DNA of 61,018 nt from a virus (lineage: Duplodnaviria; Caudoviricetes): positions 1 through 61,018 of the IMG/VR virus record IMGVR_UViG_3300009506_000029; one strand, 5' to 3'. This document shows, in pieces, positions 26,930 to 36,145 of this stretch. The notes under the pieces were generated by a model. It had not been told where the DNA came from and searched no databases. It saw only the letters and a program-made list of their open reading frames with translations. A program made the translations under genes and the position numbers. Positions within the stretch are counted from its first letter, which is position 1, and every line of letters begins with the position of its first letter.

Positions 26930-27162
26930 TGTACACCCTCACCCCCGCACAGGAACGTATCGTCGACGGCATCCGCACCTACTGGGACGAGAACCACATT
27001 CCGCCCACCGTGCGCGACGTGCGCGACCAGGTCGGCCTGGCCTCCACGGCCACCGTGCAATACCACCTCGACAACCTCGAGGACCTCGGCGTCATCGAGC
27101 GCACGCCCGGCGCGATGCGCTCGATCCGCCTTGCACAACCACATACAGGAGGTATCCAATGA
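26929..27162 (+). CDS. LexA DNA-binding-domain-only protein
   Basis: LTPAQERIVDGI...PPTVRDVRDQVGLASTATVQYHLDNLEDLGVIER...RSIRL; no peptidase domain. Confidence 0.85.
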   Translation: MYTLTPAQERIVDGIRTYWDENHIPPTVRDVRDQVGLASTATVQYHLDNLEDLGVIERTPGAMRSIRLAQPHTGGIQ

Positions 27163-27965
27163 CCACCCCCACCCGCTACGGCTGTATCTACCAGCCCGCC
27201 GGCCGTGCTGCTGAATACGCCCCCTGGGCGCTCAACCTCTATCGGGGCTGCGACCACGGTTGTGTTTACTGCTACGCGCCTTCGATTCTAAGGATGGATC
27301 GTAGCACGTTTCACGCCGCCGCCGCTCCGCGCAAGGACATCCTGCACAAGGTCGAGCAGGCTGCCCGCCTGGCCAGCGGCCACGTCGAGCGCGTCCTGCT
27401 TTCGTTCACCAGCGATCCCTACCAGCATCTGGACGCGCAGACCGGCATCACGCGCCAGGCGATCGAGATCCTCCACCGAAACGGCATCCAGGTCACCATC
27501 CTCACCAAGGGCGGCGCCCGCTCCATGCGCGACCTGGACCTGCTCGGCCCCGGCGACGCCTACGCCATCACCCTCGCCGTCCGTGAGGAGCGCCGCGCCG
27601 AATGGGAGCCCCACGCGGCCCCGATCGCCGAGCGCGTCCTCGTGCTCCAGGAGGCCTGCCGGCGCGGCCTCGAGACCTGGGTCTCGTTCGAGCCGGTCAT
27701 CTGGCCGCACGACACCTATGGTCTGTTTGTGCTCGTCCACGAGTGGATCACCCACTGCAAGGTTGGCCCGCTCAATTACGTCGGTCGACTGCCGGATCGC
27801 CTGAAAAGCCAGGTCCCTGCCCTCACCGACGCCGATTGGCGCACATTTGCCGAGATGTTCCAGCATTTCTGTCATCGCGTCAACGTGGAGTGCTACCTCA
27901 AGCAAGAGCTGCGGGACCGGATCGCGCAGGCTCCGCCGGACGATCCGAAAGTAATGAGATTATGA
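27159..27965 (+). CDS. Radical SAM protein (SplB/Rv2578c-like)
   Basis: NLYRGCDHGCVYCYA, SDPYQ, ILTK, SFEPVI. Confidence 0.88.
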   Translation: MTTPTRYGCIYQPAGRAAEYAPWALNLYRGCDHGCVYCYAPSILRMDRSTFHAAAAPRKDILHKVEQAARLASGHVERVLLSFTSDPYQHLDAQTGITRQAIEILHRNGIQVTILTKGGARSMRDLDLLGPGDAYAITLAVREERRAEWEPHAAPIAERVLVLQEACRRGLETWVSFEPVIWPHDTYGLFVLVHEWITHCKVGPLNYVGRLPDRLKSQVPALTDADWRTFAEMFQHFCHRVNVECYLKQELRDRIAQAPPDDPKVMRL

Positions 27966-28276
27966 ACACAATCGCAATGGGCACCTCGCCCCACACTATC
28001 CGTGCTCTCAACTACTGGCCCCCCGGCACCGGCAGCAAGGCTTGCGTCCTGGCCATCTTTCGCCGTGCCTGCCTCGACTGCGTCCAGGGCTCGCCCGAGC
28101 AGGCCGCCGACGCAGTCCTCTTTCTCTGCAGCGACAACGCCGAGAACTGGGCCACCTGGCTCGACGTTCCCGTCGAGGACCTCGTCGCCCTCGCTCGCCG
28201 CTGCTGGGCCTACACCCGCGCGCGTTTTCACGAGCTGACCCTGGATGATCTCCAAGGTCAAGGGCTAGACGACTGA
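27962..28276 (+). CDS. Hypothetical protein
   Basis: ATGA-coupled start at 27962. Confidence 0.5.
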   Translation: MNTIAMGTSPHTIRALNYWPPGTGSKACVLAIFRRACLDCVQGSPEQAADAVLFLCSDNAENWATWLDVPVEDLVALARRCWAYTRARFHELTLDDLQGQGLDD

Positions 28277-28611
28277 TGCACGTTTACCAGATGGGCGATT
28301 TTATCGGCGGCGTGCCGCAAGGCCGGACGCACGCCCGGCATAGGTACGACACCTGTCCCCGCTGTGATCAGCGCAAGCGCGCAGATGCCAAACTGTGTAG
28401 AACGTGCAGCAACAAGCAGCGCACGATGGACCAGGCCGAAAAGCTAGATCGGCACGCCCGTTTCGAGCTCGCTCTTGCCTCCGGCTGCTACACTCTCGAC
28501 GAGCTGCGCGCCCGGGCGCGTGAGGGCAGGTTGCCGACCCGGGGCGAGATTCTCTGCAAGCGCTGGTGGAAGGTCACCGGCGAGGCATTGAATGAGGAGG
28601 GTACATTGTGA
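28276..28611 (+). CDS. Zinc-finger-like hypothetical protein
   Basis: CPRC...CRTC. Confidence 0.6.
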   Translation: MHVYQMGDFIGGVPQGRTHARHRYDTCPRCDQRKRADAKLCRTCSNKQRTMDQAEKLDRHARFELALASGCYTLDELRARAREGRLPTRGEILCKRWWKVTGEALNEEGTL

Positions 28612-28802
28612 GCGACATCGAGATCGTCCGCGCCTGCTTGCAGCATTGGCGCGGGTTTGCGCTGGGCCTGCGTTACGCTGGCTTGATGGAAAAGCTGAAT
28701 GAAACCGAATGCGCGATCGAGGCCCTCAACCGGATCGCCTCCCCGCGCTTTACCTGGGAGCCACGCGAGGATGCGCCCTCGACCCAAGACGCGCGGCAAT
28801 AA
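28608..28802 (+). CDS. Small hypothetical protein
   Basis: GGAGG RBS; coupled start. Confidence 0.55.
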   Translation: MSDIEIVRACLQHWRGFALGLRYAGLMEKLNETECAIEALNRIASPRFTWEPREDAPSTQDARQ

Positions 28803-28833
28803 AAAAGCGGCGTGTGTGTCCGCACGCCGCTTT
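28801..28833. terminator. Bidirectional intrinsic terminator
   Basis: AAAGCGGCGTG...CACGCCGCTTT between convergent genes. Confidence 0.8.
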
Positions 28834-28851
28834 AGGGAGCTCTTTAACAAC

Positions 28852-29538
28852 CTATAGCGCCGTCACGCTCTCGTCCAGCGGCTCGTCCGGCTGCCCGCTG
28901 AAATCGATCTCGAAGCTGAAATCCTCACCCACGCTGTCAAAGTTCTCGTCGTGGGCCGCATTGAACTTAAACGTCAACCTCTCCACGTCGACCATCGTGA
29001 CGCCGGCCGGGAAGGGGTACCAAAACCCGCCCACCTTGGACACGTCCGCATAGATCTCGCCGCCGACTTGGTCCAGCCCGGCAATTCCAGACGACGACCA
29101 CACAATGTCAGCTTGGCGGGTCCCATTCGGTCCGGACACGATCACGGTACACTGGTCCGGGTACACGCTCAGCGTCTGGCCCGAGCCGTTGCGCAAGACC
29201 ATGATAAACTCTCCGACCAGCGTGGCCGCCTCGTAATCCTCGCCCATCTCGTCAAAGTCGCTGTCCATCTCCCGGCTCAGCCATACCTTATCGGCTACGA
29301 CCGCGCGCCGCAGATCGACGATCAGCGCGTCCTCCGTGCCCTGCGTGCCAATGTGGTTCACAGCCATCCGCTTGGACTGTCCGCTCTCCGCGACCGGCAC
29401 AGGTGTCGCAGTCGATGGCACAGGCGTCGCGGTAGGTGCCGTCTCTTTCACAATCTGTTGTGCCGGGGTTGCTGGTGTCGAGCATCCGGCCGCGATGACG
29501 ACCACAACGACCAGGACGATCCATCTCACACGTTTCAC
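28852..29538 (-). CDS. Lipoprotein (candidate superinfection-exclusion or lysogenic-conversion factor)
   Basis: GTG at 29538 with GGAGG RBS; KRVRWIVLVVVVVIAAG-C lipobox; Thr/Pro linker. Confidence 0.8.
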   Translation of the reverse strand: MKRVRWIVLVVVVVIAAGCSTPATPAQQIVKETAPTATPVPSTATPVPVAESGQSKRMAVNHIGTQGTEDALIVDLRRAVVADKVWLSREMDSDFDEMGEDYEAATLVGEFIMVLRNGSGQTLSVYPDQCTVIVSGPNGTRQADIVWSSSGIAGLDQVGGEIYADVSKVGGFWYPFPAGVTMVDVERLTFKFNAAHDENFDSVGEDFSFEIDFSGQPDEPLDESVTAL

Positions 29539-29572
29539 GGTATCCTCCTCTGGTGAGTGCAAGCGCACAGCG

Positions 29573-29869
29573 TCACGACTCGCGCAGGACATGGTATCCA
29601 GGCCTCGGCTCGTCGTAGGTGAAGGGAGCATTGCCGGTCGGGGAATCGCCCTCGATCCACAACAGGTCATTGGGCGTGCAGCCCAGGGCGTTGCAGATGC
29701 GCTCGAGGACGTCGAGGGTGATGCCAACCTGCTCGTTATTTGCCATCCTCGATAACGTAGACGTGGAGACCCGGGCTTGTTCGCTCAACAGTCTATAGGT
29801 CACTCTGATACCCTGACGATCGCCGGCTATGGCCATCTGAGACCGTAACTTGAATCTAGCCTGACCCAT
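29573..29869 (-). CDS. XRE-family (HTH_26) repressor
   Basis: LSEQARVSTSTLSRMANN...LDVLERICNALGCTPNDLL. Confidence 0.88.
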   Translation of the reverse strand: MGQARFKLRSQMAIAGDRQGIRVTYRLLSEQARVSTSTLSRMANNEQVGITLDVLERICNALGCTPNDLLWIEGDSPTGNAPFTYDEPRPGYHVLRES

Positions 29870-29902
29870 AGTTTCCTCCCTCGGGTATTGACTATCAAGC
29901 CC

Positions 29903-30013
29903 AGTATACCATAATCTGTCTGTCTATGTCAATACATACCACGCGCCAATAGGGCCACTTTTCCCATCTGCACAAATTGCCTCTTGACAAGACATATCGA
30001 ACTATGGTACAAT
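29903..30013. promoter_or_regulatory. Divergent promoters (genetic switch region)
   Basis: Minus strand TTGACA(29932-29927)-N18-TATACT; plus strand TTGACA(29984-29989)-N18-TACAAT(30008-30013). Confidence 0.75.
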
Positions 30014-30165
30014 ACTATCGATGGGCCGATACATTTCCATCTAAAAAGAGAGGCCGGGTGCGCCAACACCCAGCCTCAGCGCCAAGAATCAAAACCAGTC
30101 ACAGTCAAGACCCTGGCAGCCACATGATACCACACCAGGCGGTCAGGGTCAAACAGGAGGACCCA

Positions 30166-30717
30166 ATGCTGACCACAGGCCAGCCGCTGACCGCCAATCA
30201 GCGCCAAAAGCTCACCGACTTGCAGCCGTATTTAAAGAGAATCGCGCACAACATCGTCGCCACGCACTACTCCGGCCAGGACCCCGACGACCTGCTCCAA
30301 ACGATGAACGCGGCCATCTGCGAACAAGCCGCCCGCGCCCCCGAGTTCCTGGACCAGACCCCCGGCTACATCACCCGCAAGGCCGCCTGGGCCGCCCGGG
30401 ACTACTGCCGGCACGAGCAGTACGGCCGCAACCTCGCGACCCTCAGCCTGGACGCTTCCGGTCCCGACGGCGACAGCTCGCTCGCCGAGGTCATCCCCGC
30501 CCCGCTCGCCGACCTCGATCTGCCGATCGACGTCGCCCGCGCCCTGGCCACGCTCAGCCAGAAGCGGCAACAGATCGTTGCGATGCTGGCCGCCGGCCTC
30601 CAGCGCAAAGAGATCGCCGCACACTTTGGGGTCAAATCGGCCACATTGGCGTGGGATTACCAGAAGATTCGGTCTGCACTACAGCCGGTCTACGCGGCCG
30701 TGCAGGCAGGGAGGTAG
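30166..30717 (+). CDS. Phage-encoded sigma70/ECF-like sigma factor
   Basis: Region 2 (DPDDLLQ...YITRKAAWAARDYCR) and region 4 (LATLSQKRQQIVAMLAAGLQRKEIAAHFGV); AGGAGG RBS before ATG at 30166. Confidence 0.82.
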   Translation: MLTTGQPLTANQRQKLTDLQPYLKRIAHNIVATHYSGQDPDDLLQTMNAAICEQAARAPEFLDQTPGYITRKAAWAARDYCRHEQYGRNLATLSLDASGPDGDSSLAEVIPAPLADLDLPIDVARALATLSQKRQQIVAMLAAGLQRKEIAAHFGVKSATLAWDYQKIRSALQPVYAAVQAGR

Positions 30718-30720
30718 ACG

Positions 30721-31509
30721 ATGGAACCCACATCCGCTTCGGTCTACACATTCGAGTTTCGCTGGCAAGACGCCCATCACCAGACCCAACTACGCAAGCG
30801 CTATGTGCCCATCGCCGAGCTGTGGCCCAAGTTTGACCTCGCTGCCGACTGGCGGCGAGGTGGCAAGCCCAGCGATGTCCGCACCGTCTCCTTTTACGGT
30901 CCCGGGATTTCTCGCTCGCTCTGTGATGAGCTCGCGCGCGACCGCCTGCGCGAGGTGCTCGAGCCGCTTGGCCTCGTGCCCCTGGAGCCGGCCTATGTCG
31001 GCCTCCTTTGGGCCAGGCTCGACGGTGAGGACGGGTACCACCTCTACAAGGTCCGCTCAGAGAGCGTGATACTGGAGGGGTTTGAGAGACCCTACCTGAT
31101 CCACCACGGCCTCGAGCAGGTGGACGACGACAAGGTCGACCAGGCCTTCTGGTGGGCACAGGAAAAATGCTGGATGTCTCGCGGGATCTGGCTTAACGAT
31201 TGCCCGGCCCTGGTTTTCATGGGCAACCATCTGACATGCTGGCAAGCCCTGGAAGATATTTCCGAGGTGGCGCGGCATTTTGTGAATGGCCGGCCGCTCC
31301 TGGCCAAGGTGCGCTACGACTACCGAGGCAAGGAGAACCGCTATCCCTATATGCGCCCCACCCGGCTGCGCGCGCGCATCCAGGACCTGCGCAGCCGCTA
31401 CCCGCGCGCGACAGAGGACCTGGCCATCGTTCCGACCGAGGTCCTGCGGCGCGAGTACGGTGAAGGCCTGCCCACCGGGATCAGCCCCACGCCGGCGCTG
31501 GCTGGATAG
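30721..31509 (+). CDS. Hypothetical protein
   Basis: GGAGG RBS; 262-aa ORF. Confidence 0.7.
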   Translation: MEPTSASVYTFEFRWQDAHHQTQLRKRYVPIAELWPKFDLAADWRRGGKPSDVRTVSFYGPGISRSLCDELARDRLREVLEPLGLVPLEPAYVGLLWARLDGEDGYHLYKVRSESVILEGFERPYLIHHGLEQVDDDKVDQAFWWAQEKCWMSRGIWLNDCPALVFMGNHLTCWQALEDISEVARHFVNGRPLLAKVRYDYRGKENRYPYMRPTRLRARIQDLRSRYPRATEDLAIVPTEVLRREYGEGLPTGISPTPALAG

Positions 31510-31594
31510 ATTCAGATTCGGATCATAATCCAAATCGCTTGACTTGGACAGCGCGACTTTGATATGATAGAGTCGCAGATAGAACAGAGGTTCT
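31509..31594 (+). promoter_or_regulatory. 28-bp motif, promoter and perfect LexA (SOS) box
   Basis: GATTCAGATTCGGATCATAATCCAAATC at 31509-31536; TTGACT(31539)-N18-TATGAT; AGAACAGAGGTTCT at 31581-31594 over the RBS. Confidence 0.8.
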
Positions 31595-31597
31595 AGT

Positions 31598-32302
31598 ATG
31601 GAAGACAACACGATGCTGATTACCAAGCTGGTCCTCCGGCCCGACAACCACGTCGATCTGTACGGGCGCGGGCACAAGTACAAAGACCTGACCCTCTTTG
31701 ACGCCACCGACCTGGCCGACGTCGGTATCGACGTGTCCGATCTGCAGCCCGGCGTCGAGACCCCGTGCCGGTTCATAGCCGAGTACGAGCTCTCCGACAA
31801 GCTGAACCAGTCGGGCAACCCGTACAAGGACGTGGTCGCGCTGCGGCCGGTGGGTGGGGGCAGCGTCCGGCAATCCGCGCCGGCGTCGGCCCCGGCCGGC
31901 GACGCGATCCTGGCCGAGCTGCGCGCGATCCGCGCCGAGCTGGCTCGGATGCACCGACTGATGGCCCAGGCGCTGGCCTCTGGCAGCTTGGACGACGCGC
32001 CCGGTACTGTCGACGTCGAGCCCACCGAACCGATCCCGGACACCGACGAGCCGCCGGACGAGGACGGCGCGGAAGTCGTGGAAGCCGCCGGCGCCACACC
32101 GCATCCGCTCAGCGATGCGATGGCCAAGCGGATGTTTATGTCGATGGCCGGCGATGCTGTCCGAGGCGGCGTGGACCACGCCCAAGTCAACACGCTGATG
32201 GCCGATGCGCGCACCACCACCGGCTGGCGCGACGCGCTCGAGGCGCTGCAGGCGCTGATCGAGCAGGCCGACGATCCCGAATCGGAGCTGGAGGCGGTAT
32301 GA
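31598..32302 (+). CDS. Hypothetical protein (probably SOS-controlled)
   Basis: 234-aa ORF behind the LexA box; beta-rich N-terminus and acidic linker. Confidence 0.7.
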   Translation: MEDNTMLITKLVLRPDNHVDLYGRGHKYKDLTLFDATDLADVGIDVSDLQPGVETPCRFIAEYELSDKLNQSGNPYKDVVALRPVGGGSVRQSAPASAPAGDAILAELRAIRAELARMHRLMAQALASGSLDDAPGTVDVEPTEPIPDTDEPPDEDGAEVVEAAGATPHPLSDAMAKRMFMSMAGDAVRGGVDHAQVNTLMADARTTTGWRDALEALQALIEQADDPESELEAV

Positions 32303-32943
32303 GTGAGAGGCCGATCCTGTTCAGCGGAAAGATGGTACGGGCCATTCTCGATGGACGAAAGACACAGACCCGGAGAGTGATCAAGCCGCAACACATCAAG
32401 CTCGACGGGGGCGGACATCCGTACATTGATATGGGCCATCCTGACGAGTGGGATGGTGCTGGTTTACGTCGCGACGTTCGCTGCCCCTACGGTCAACCAG
32501 GCGATCGCCTGTGGGTGCGCGAGACGTGGGCAACGCCCGGTAACTATGACGACATCAAACCGTCCGAGCTGTCCGCGTCTTGCTTCACGCACGCAGATCT
32601 AGCCTACCGCGCCACGGAGCCGTACGGAGATGCATACTACAGGTGGCGTCCATCCATCTTTATGCCGCGTTGGATCTCGCGCATCACACTGACCGTTACG
32701 AGCGTGCGCGTACAGCGAGTGCAGAATATCGTGCCTATGGACTGCTACGCCGAGGGCGCCTACACGGCGCAAGACATCACGAACGCCTATCATGGCCTGC
32801 GCTGCTGGGGCCAGCAGCTAGAGATAGAGTTTGCTTTGCAGTCATTCAAGCAACTATGGAACTCGATCAACGCGAAACGCGGATCTGGGTGGGATACTAA
32901 CCCCTGGGTGTGGGTAATCTCATTTGCGCGAGATACACTCTAG
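32299..32943 (+). CDS. ASCH/PUA-related phage protein
   Basis: RPILFSGKMVRAILDGRKTQTRR, GDRLWVRETW, WRPSIFMPRW, NPWVWVISF. Confidence 0.85.
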   Translation: MSERPILFSGKMVRAILDGRKTQTRRVIKPQHIKLDGGGHPYIDMGHPDEWDGAGLRRDVRCPYGQPGDRLWVRETWATPGNYDDIKPSELSASCFTHADLAYRATEPYGDAYYRWRPSIFMPRWISRITLTVTSVRVQRVQNIVPMDCYAEGAYTAQDITNAYHGLRCWGQQLEIEFALQSFKQLWNSINAKRGSGWDTNPWVWVISFARDTL

Positions 32944-32974
32944 TCTCTAACTTTTGAGGCGCCCATTCGTTATA
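32944..32974 (+). promoter_or_regulatory. Putative phage-sigma promoter 2
   Basis: TCTCTAA-N17-CGTTATA. Confidence 0.75.
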
Positions 32975-32999
32975 AGGCAGACCAAACCAGGAGACGCCA

Positions 33000-33653
33000 A
33001 TGGCAACACTACGAGTCGCACAGATCAACCCATCGTCCTACGTCGACGGCCCCGGCCGGCGCGCCGTGCTCTACCTGGCCGGCTGCCCGATCCAGTGCCC
33101 AGGCTGCCAGTCCCGGCACCTGTGGCCAGAGGACAACGAGCCCGGTCACGCCGGGCTCGCGATGGACGTCGACGAGGTGGCCGCCAGGCTGCTCGACACC
33201 GGCCTGCCCGTAACGATCTCAGGCGGAGAACCCCTCGCGCAGGCCGCCGCGGTCGCCGAGCTGCTGATCGAGCTCAGGATCCAGCAGCCCGAGGTGCACA
33301 TCGTCGTCTACACCGGGTTCGTGGTCGAGGACATTCTCGACACGCTGACCCAAGCGACGCCCGAGATTGGGGTGATCCTCCAATTCGCCAACGTCCTGGT
33401 CGACGGCCCGTTCCAGCCCGAGGACGACCACGATTGGGTACAGTGGCGCGGGTCCCGCAACCAGCGCCCGATCGATCTACGCGCTACCTGGGCGCAAGCC
33501 TGGCGATTTCTCGCCCTGCTGGACTGGGACACGCCGACTCTGACGGTCACCACAGACGGCGATCTGGTTGGCGCGGCCGGTACGATGGCCGAGCTGTTTG
33601 AGCCGGAAGCCGTGACCCCCGCGCGAATGTGCGGCCAGACCAAACCTGTGTAG
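33000..33653 (+). CDS. NrdG-like radical SAM / 4Fe-4S activase-family protein
   Basis: VDGPGRRAVLYLAGCPIQCPGCQS, TISGGEPL, YTG, LVDGPF, RGSRNQR. Confidence 0.9.
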   Translation: MATLRVAQINPSSYVDGPGRRAVLYLAGCPIQCPGCQSRHLWPEDNEPGHAGLAMDVDEVAARLLDTGLPVTISGGEPLAQAAAVAELLIELRIQQPEVHIVVYTGFVVEDILDTLTQATPEIGVILQFANVLVDGPFQPEDDHDWVQWRGSRNQRPIDLRATWAQAWRFLALLDWDTPTLTVTTDGDLVGAAGTMAELFEPEAVTPARMCGQTKPV

Positions 33654-33680
33654 TTGTTTCTCCTCCTGTGGATAGAGGAA

Positions 33681-33708
33681 GCCGGGGTGGGGTGGCGCCC
33701 ATCCCGGC
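33681..33708. terminator. Hairpin after the radical SAM gene
   Basis: GCCGGGGTGGG...CCCATCCCGGC. Confidence 0.45.
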
Positions 33709-33728
33709 CCCTCGAATCGCCAAGTCGG

Positions 33729-33787
33729 TCTCTAATTTCCGGCGCCGTCGCGCGTTTTAGATTCAGATTCTGAACCTAATCTGAATC
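33729..33787 (+). promoter_or_regulatory. Putative phage-sigma promoter 3 directly followed by a 28-bp motif copy
   Basis: TCTCTAA-N17-CGTTTTA at 33729-33759; GATTCAGATTCTGAACCTAATCTGAATC at 33760-33787. Confidence 0.75.
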
Positions 33788-33804
33788 ACACACAGGAGGA
33801 TATT

Positions 33805-35106
33805 GTGAGCGCCAGAGCCATACTAGAGGACTTGATGGATACGGACGCAGTCATAGAGGAAGCCGAGAACATCGTCAACCGGCGCCGGCGCGAGACCGCC
33901 GATCGCCTGGGCGTAGACGAAAGCAAGGTACACACGCACCGCCTCGAGCTGCGCAAGCTCCGCGAGGCTGGCCTGCTGATCGATCTCGACATCCACGGCA
34001 TCTCGATGTTCAGCGTCCGCACCACCTACGCTGAGCTGGGTATCAGCGCCGAGGACGTGCGCACCAAGCGGCTGCGCGCCGGCAGCAAAGACCTCTTCCC
34101 CGACTATAGCCGGAAACTCCGCTCCCTCGAGGCCCGCGCCCGCCAGAACCTGGCCAAGTACAGCCACGTCATCCCCGCGTTTGGCCAGTACCGCTGGCTG
34201 CCCTGGACAGCGTACCCCGAGTTTCGCGAGCAGCACGACCTGATCCTGGCCGAGCTGGCCGCGACCAAGGCGGAGCTGATCGGCAGGTACGATGCCCTCT
34301 ACGAGGAAAACCGCGCCTACTTTGAGCAGGTCGCCCTGCGCGCCTGGCGGGATCTGCGCGCCGGGTTTGCCGACCCGGACCACGCGATGATCGTCACCAC
34401 CGACCATACGGAGTTTGGCCCGGGCGAAGAAGGCCGCTTTGTCGAGTACGTGGTCCAGAAGGCGCTGGGCCGGATGCCTCTACCTGACGAGATCCGCGAC
34501 AGCGTGCGGATCGACTACAAAACCTCGATCCTCTACTCCGAGGCCGAGATCGCCGCCGACCAGGCCGCACTGGAGCAGGCCGAGGCCGAACGCGCACAAG
34601 CCCAACTCGCGCACGCCGAGGCTGCCCAGGCCGCCTTCGAGATCGAGCTTCAGGAGCGCGAGGCGGAGAGCCAGGCCCAGGCGCGGCTCTCTGCCTACCG
34701 CCGCGCCGAGCTCGATCATGCCCGGAGACAATTGGCTGAGATGGGCAGCCCGATCCAGGATGCCCTCGACGGCCTGCGCGCCAACCTCTACGACGCCGTC
34801 CACACGCTGCTGGCCGGCCTGCGCAAAAACACGACGTTCCGCGGCAAGGCCGGCGCCAAGGCCGCCGATCTCTATGCCTACTGGCAAAAGCTGAACGGCG
34901 GCCTGCTGCAAGACGTCGACCTCGAGCAGGCGCTGGCCAGCCTGGACCGGGAAATGCAATCGTACCAGGCAGCCGGTACGGAAGCCCGCCAGGTGCGGAT
35001 CGGCGACATCGAGGCTCAACTCACCGAGATCGCCACCCTGACCGCCGAGTCCGCCCGCCGCATTCGCCGCGAGTCCGACAGCCGCGCGTCGATGCTGGAG
35101 CTATGA
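33805..35106 (+). CDS. DUF3150-like protein with coiled-coil C-terminus
   Basis: LIDLDIHG...ELGI...AGSKDLFP...EARARQNL...FGQYRWLP pattern; AGGAGG RBS. Confidence 0.6.
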   Translation: MSARAILEDLMDTDAVIEEAENIVNRRRRETADRLGVDESKVHTHRLELRKLREAGLLIDLDIHGISMFSVRTTYAELGISAEDVRTKRLRAGSKDLFPDYSRKLRSLEARARQNLAKYSHVIPAFGQYRWLPWTAYPEFREQHDLILAELAATKAELIGRYDALYEENRAYFEQVALRAWRDLRAGFADPDHAMIVTTDHTEFGPGEEGRFVEYVVQKALGRMPLPDEIRDSVRIDYKTSILYSEAEIAADQAALEQAEAERAQAQLAHAEAAQAAFEIELQEREAESQAQARLSAYRRAELDHARRQLAEMGSPIQDALDGLRANLYDAVHTLLAGLRKNTTFRGKAGAKAADLYAYWQKLNGGLLQDVDLEQALASLDREMQSYQAAGTEARQVRIGDIEAQLTEIATLTAESARRIRRESDSRASMLEL

Positions 35107-35107
35107 A

Positions 35108-35653
35108 ATGGACTCAGTTCAACTGGACTTTCTATCGGAATTGCACCTCCCGCCCGTCTGGGTGGCACCTATTCCCGGTGGATATGGACATTGGTGTTGT
35201 CCACACTGTAGAGATGCGTCTCGTGGTTTTGATGCATCTCTTTCATTCTCAGACAATCACCGCCGGATAGGTCACTGCCGCTATTGCAGCTATGAACACC
35301 AGTTCGATCAGCCATACGGCCAAACCCCGAATCATTATCCTGAGACACATCAGGAGCCTAGGAGTCTGACGCGTGTTCGCACTGGATTTCCGAAAGTCTG
35401 CCCGGCGGCTTACACCGACCTGGTTTGTGGGGCCAATTGCGAATCGTGCGCATGCTGCCAAGTCGATGCGCGCCTGCATTGGCGCTGTGACCACCCAGGC
35501 TATCAGCAAGCTCCTGGCATACACTGGTGCTTGGGATGCGGCATCGAGCTTGGCCCTTGGGCGGAGGCCCATCACTGGCCCTATTGTGGTGGGCCAACCA
35601 ACCGATGCTTGAGAGATGCTGATACCGTGGAGACCTCAGAAAGGACATGTTGA
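35108..35653 (+). CDS. Cys-rich hypothetical protein
   Basis: Multiple CxxC pairs. Confidence 0.55.
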   Translation: MDSVQLDFLSELHLPPVWVAPIPGGYGHWCCPHCRDASRGFDASLSFSDNHRRIGHCRYCSYEHQFDQPYGQTPNHYPETHQEPRSLTRVRTGFPKVCPAAYTDLVCGANCESCACCQVDARLHWRCDHPGYQQAPGIHWCLGCGIELGPWAEAHHWPYCGGPTNRCLRDADTVETSERTC

Positions 35654-35845
35654 ATGGACGAAAGCGCCCGCAAGCGATTTGCTGACAAGTTCGGCCTGCC
35701 CTCAGGGCAGGTCCGAACGTTCGACGAGCTATCTGCTCACGAAAAGGAGGACGTGCGTCGCTGCTATTCCCTGCACAATGCACGCCTCTACGTCTACGCG
35801 GTCAAGGCCGCTGGCGGCCTGGTCGTGAAACGGTTCCGGTTGTAG
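35654..35845 (+). CDS. Small hypothetical protein
   Basis: AAGGA RBS. Confidence 0.55.
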   Translation: MDESARKRFADKFGLPSGQVRTFDELSAHEKEDVRRCYSLHNARLYVYAVKAAGGLVVKRFRL

Positions 35846-35887
35846 TCGTTCCGAGAATGTGGATACGCAGAAAGAAGCGGGGGTGAT

Positions 35888-36067
35888 ATGGTTGGGACGG
35901 TGGCGGCAGCACTGTTGGCCCTTTGGATCGTATTCAAGATGATCCAGATCGTGGTGGAATCTGTTGGGAACGGCTGTGCTGGCAGAATATGGGCTCTGCT
36001 TGCGATTGCATTTGGTAGTGCGCTTTTGATCGGGATAGCTTTCTTAGCGCAGGGCGTCAGGTGGTGA
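35888..36067 (+). CDS. Small two-TM protein (below the ORF-track cut-off)
   Basis: MVGTVAAALLALWIVFKMIQ...LAIAFGSALLIGIAFL; GGGGG RBS. Confidence 0.5.
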   Translation: MVGTVAAALLALWIVFKMIQIVVESVGNGCAGRIWALLAIAFGSALLIGIAFLAQGVRW

Positions 36068-36145
36068 TCCGATTGTGACCGAGCCAGCCGAACGGCCCGC
36101 GTCCAAACGTTCCCGCACGCGCGCGGCAATGTTGGAGGTATAAAC

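Noticed and set aside
28839-28850. E. coli/lambda-type boxA (GCTCTTTAACAA)
   Set aside because: Single occurrence, located after the terminator on + and facing a convergent gene, with no boxB or N-like gene seen; may be chance.
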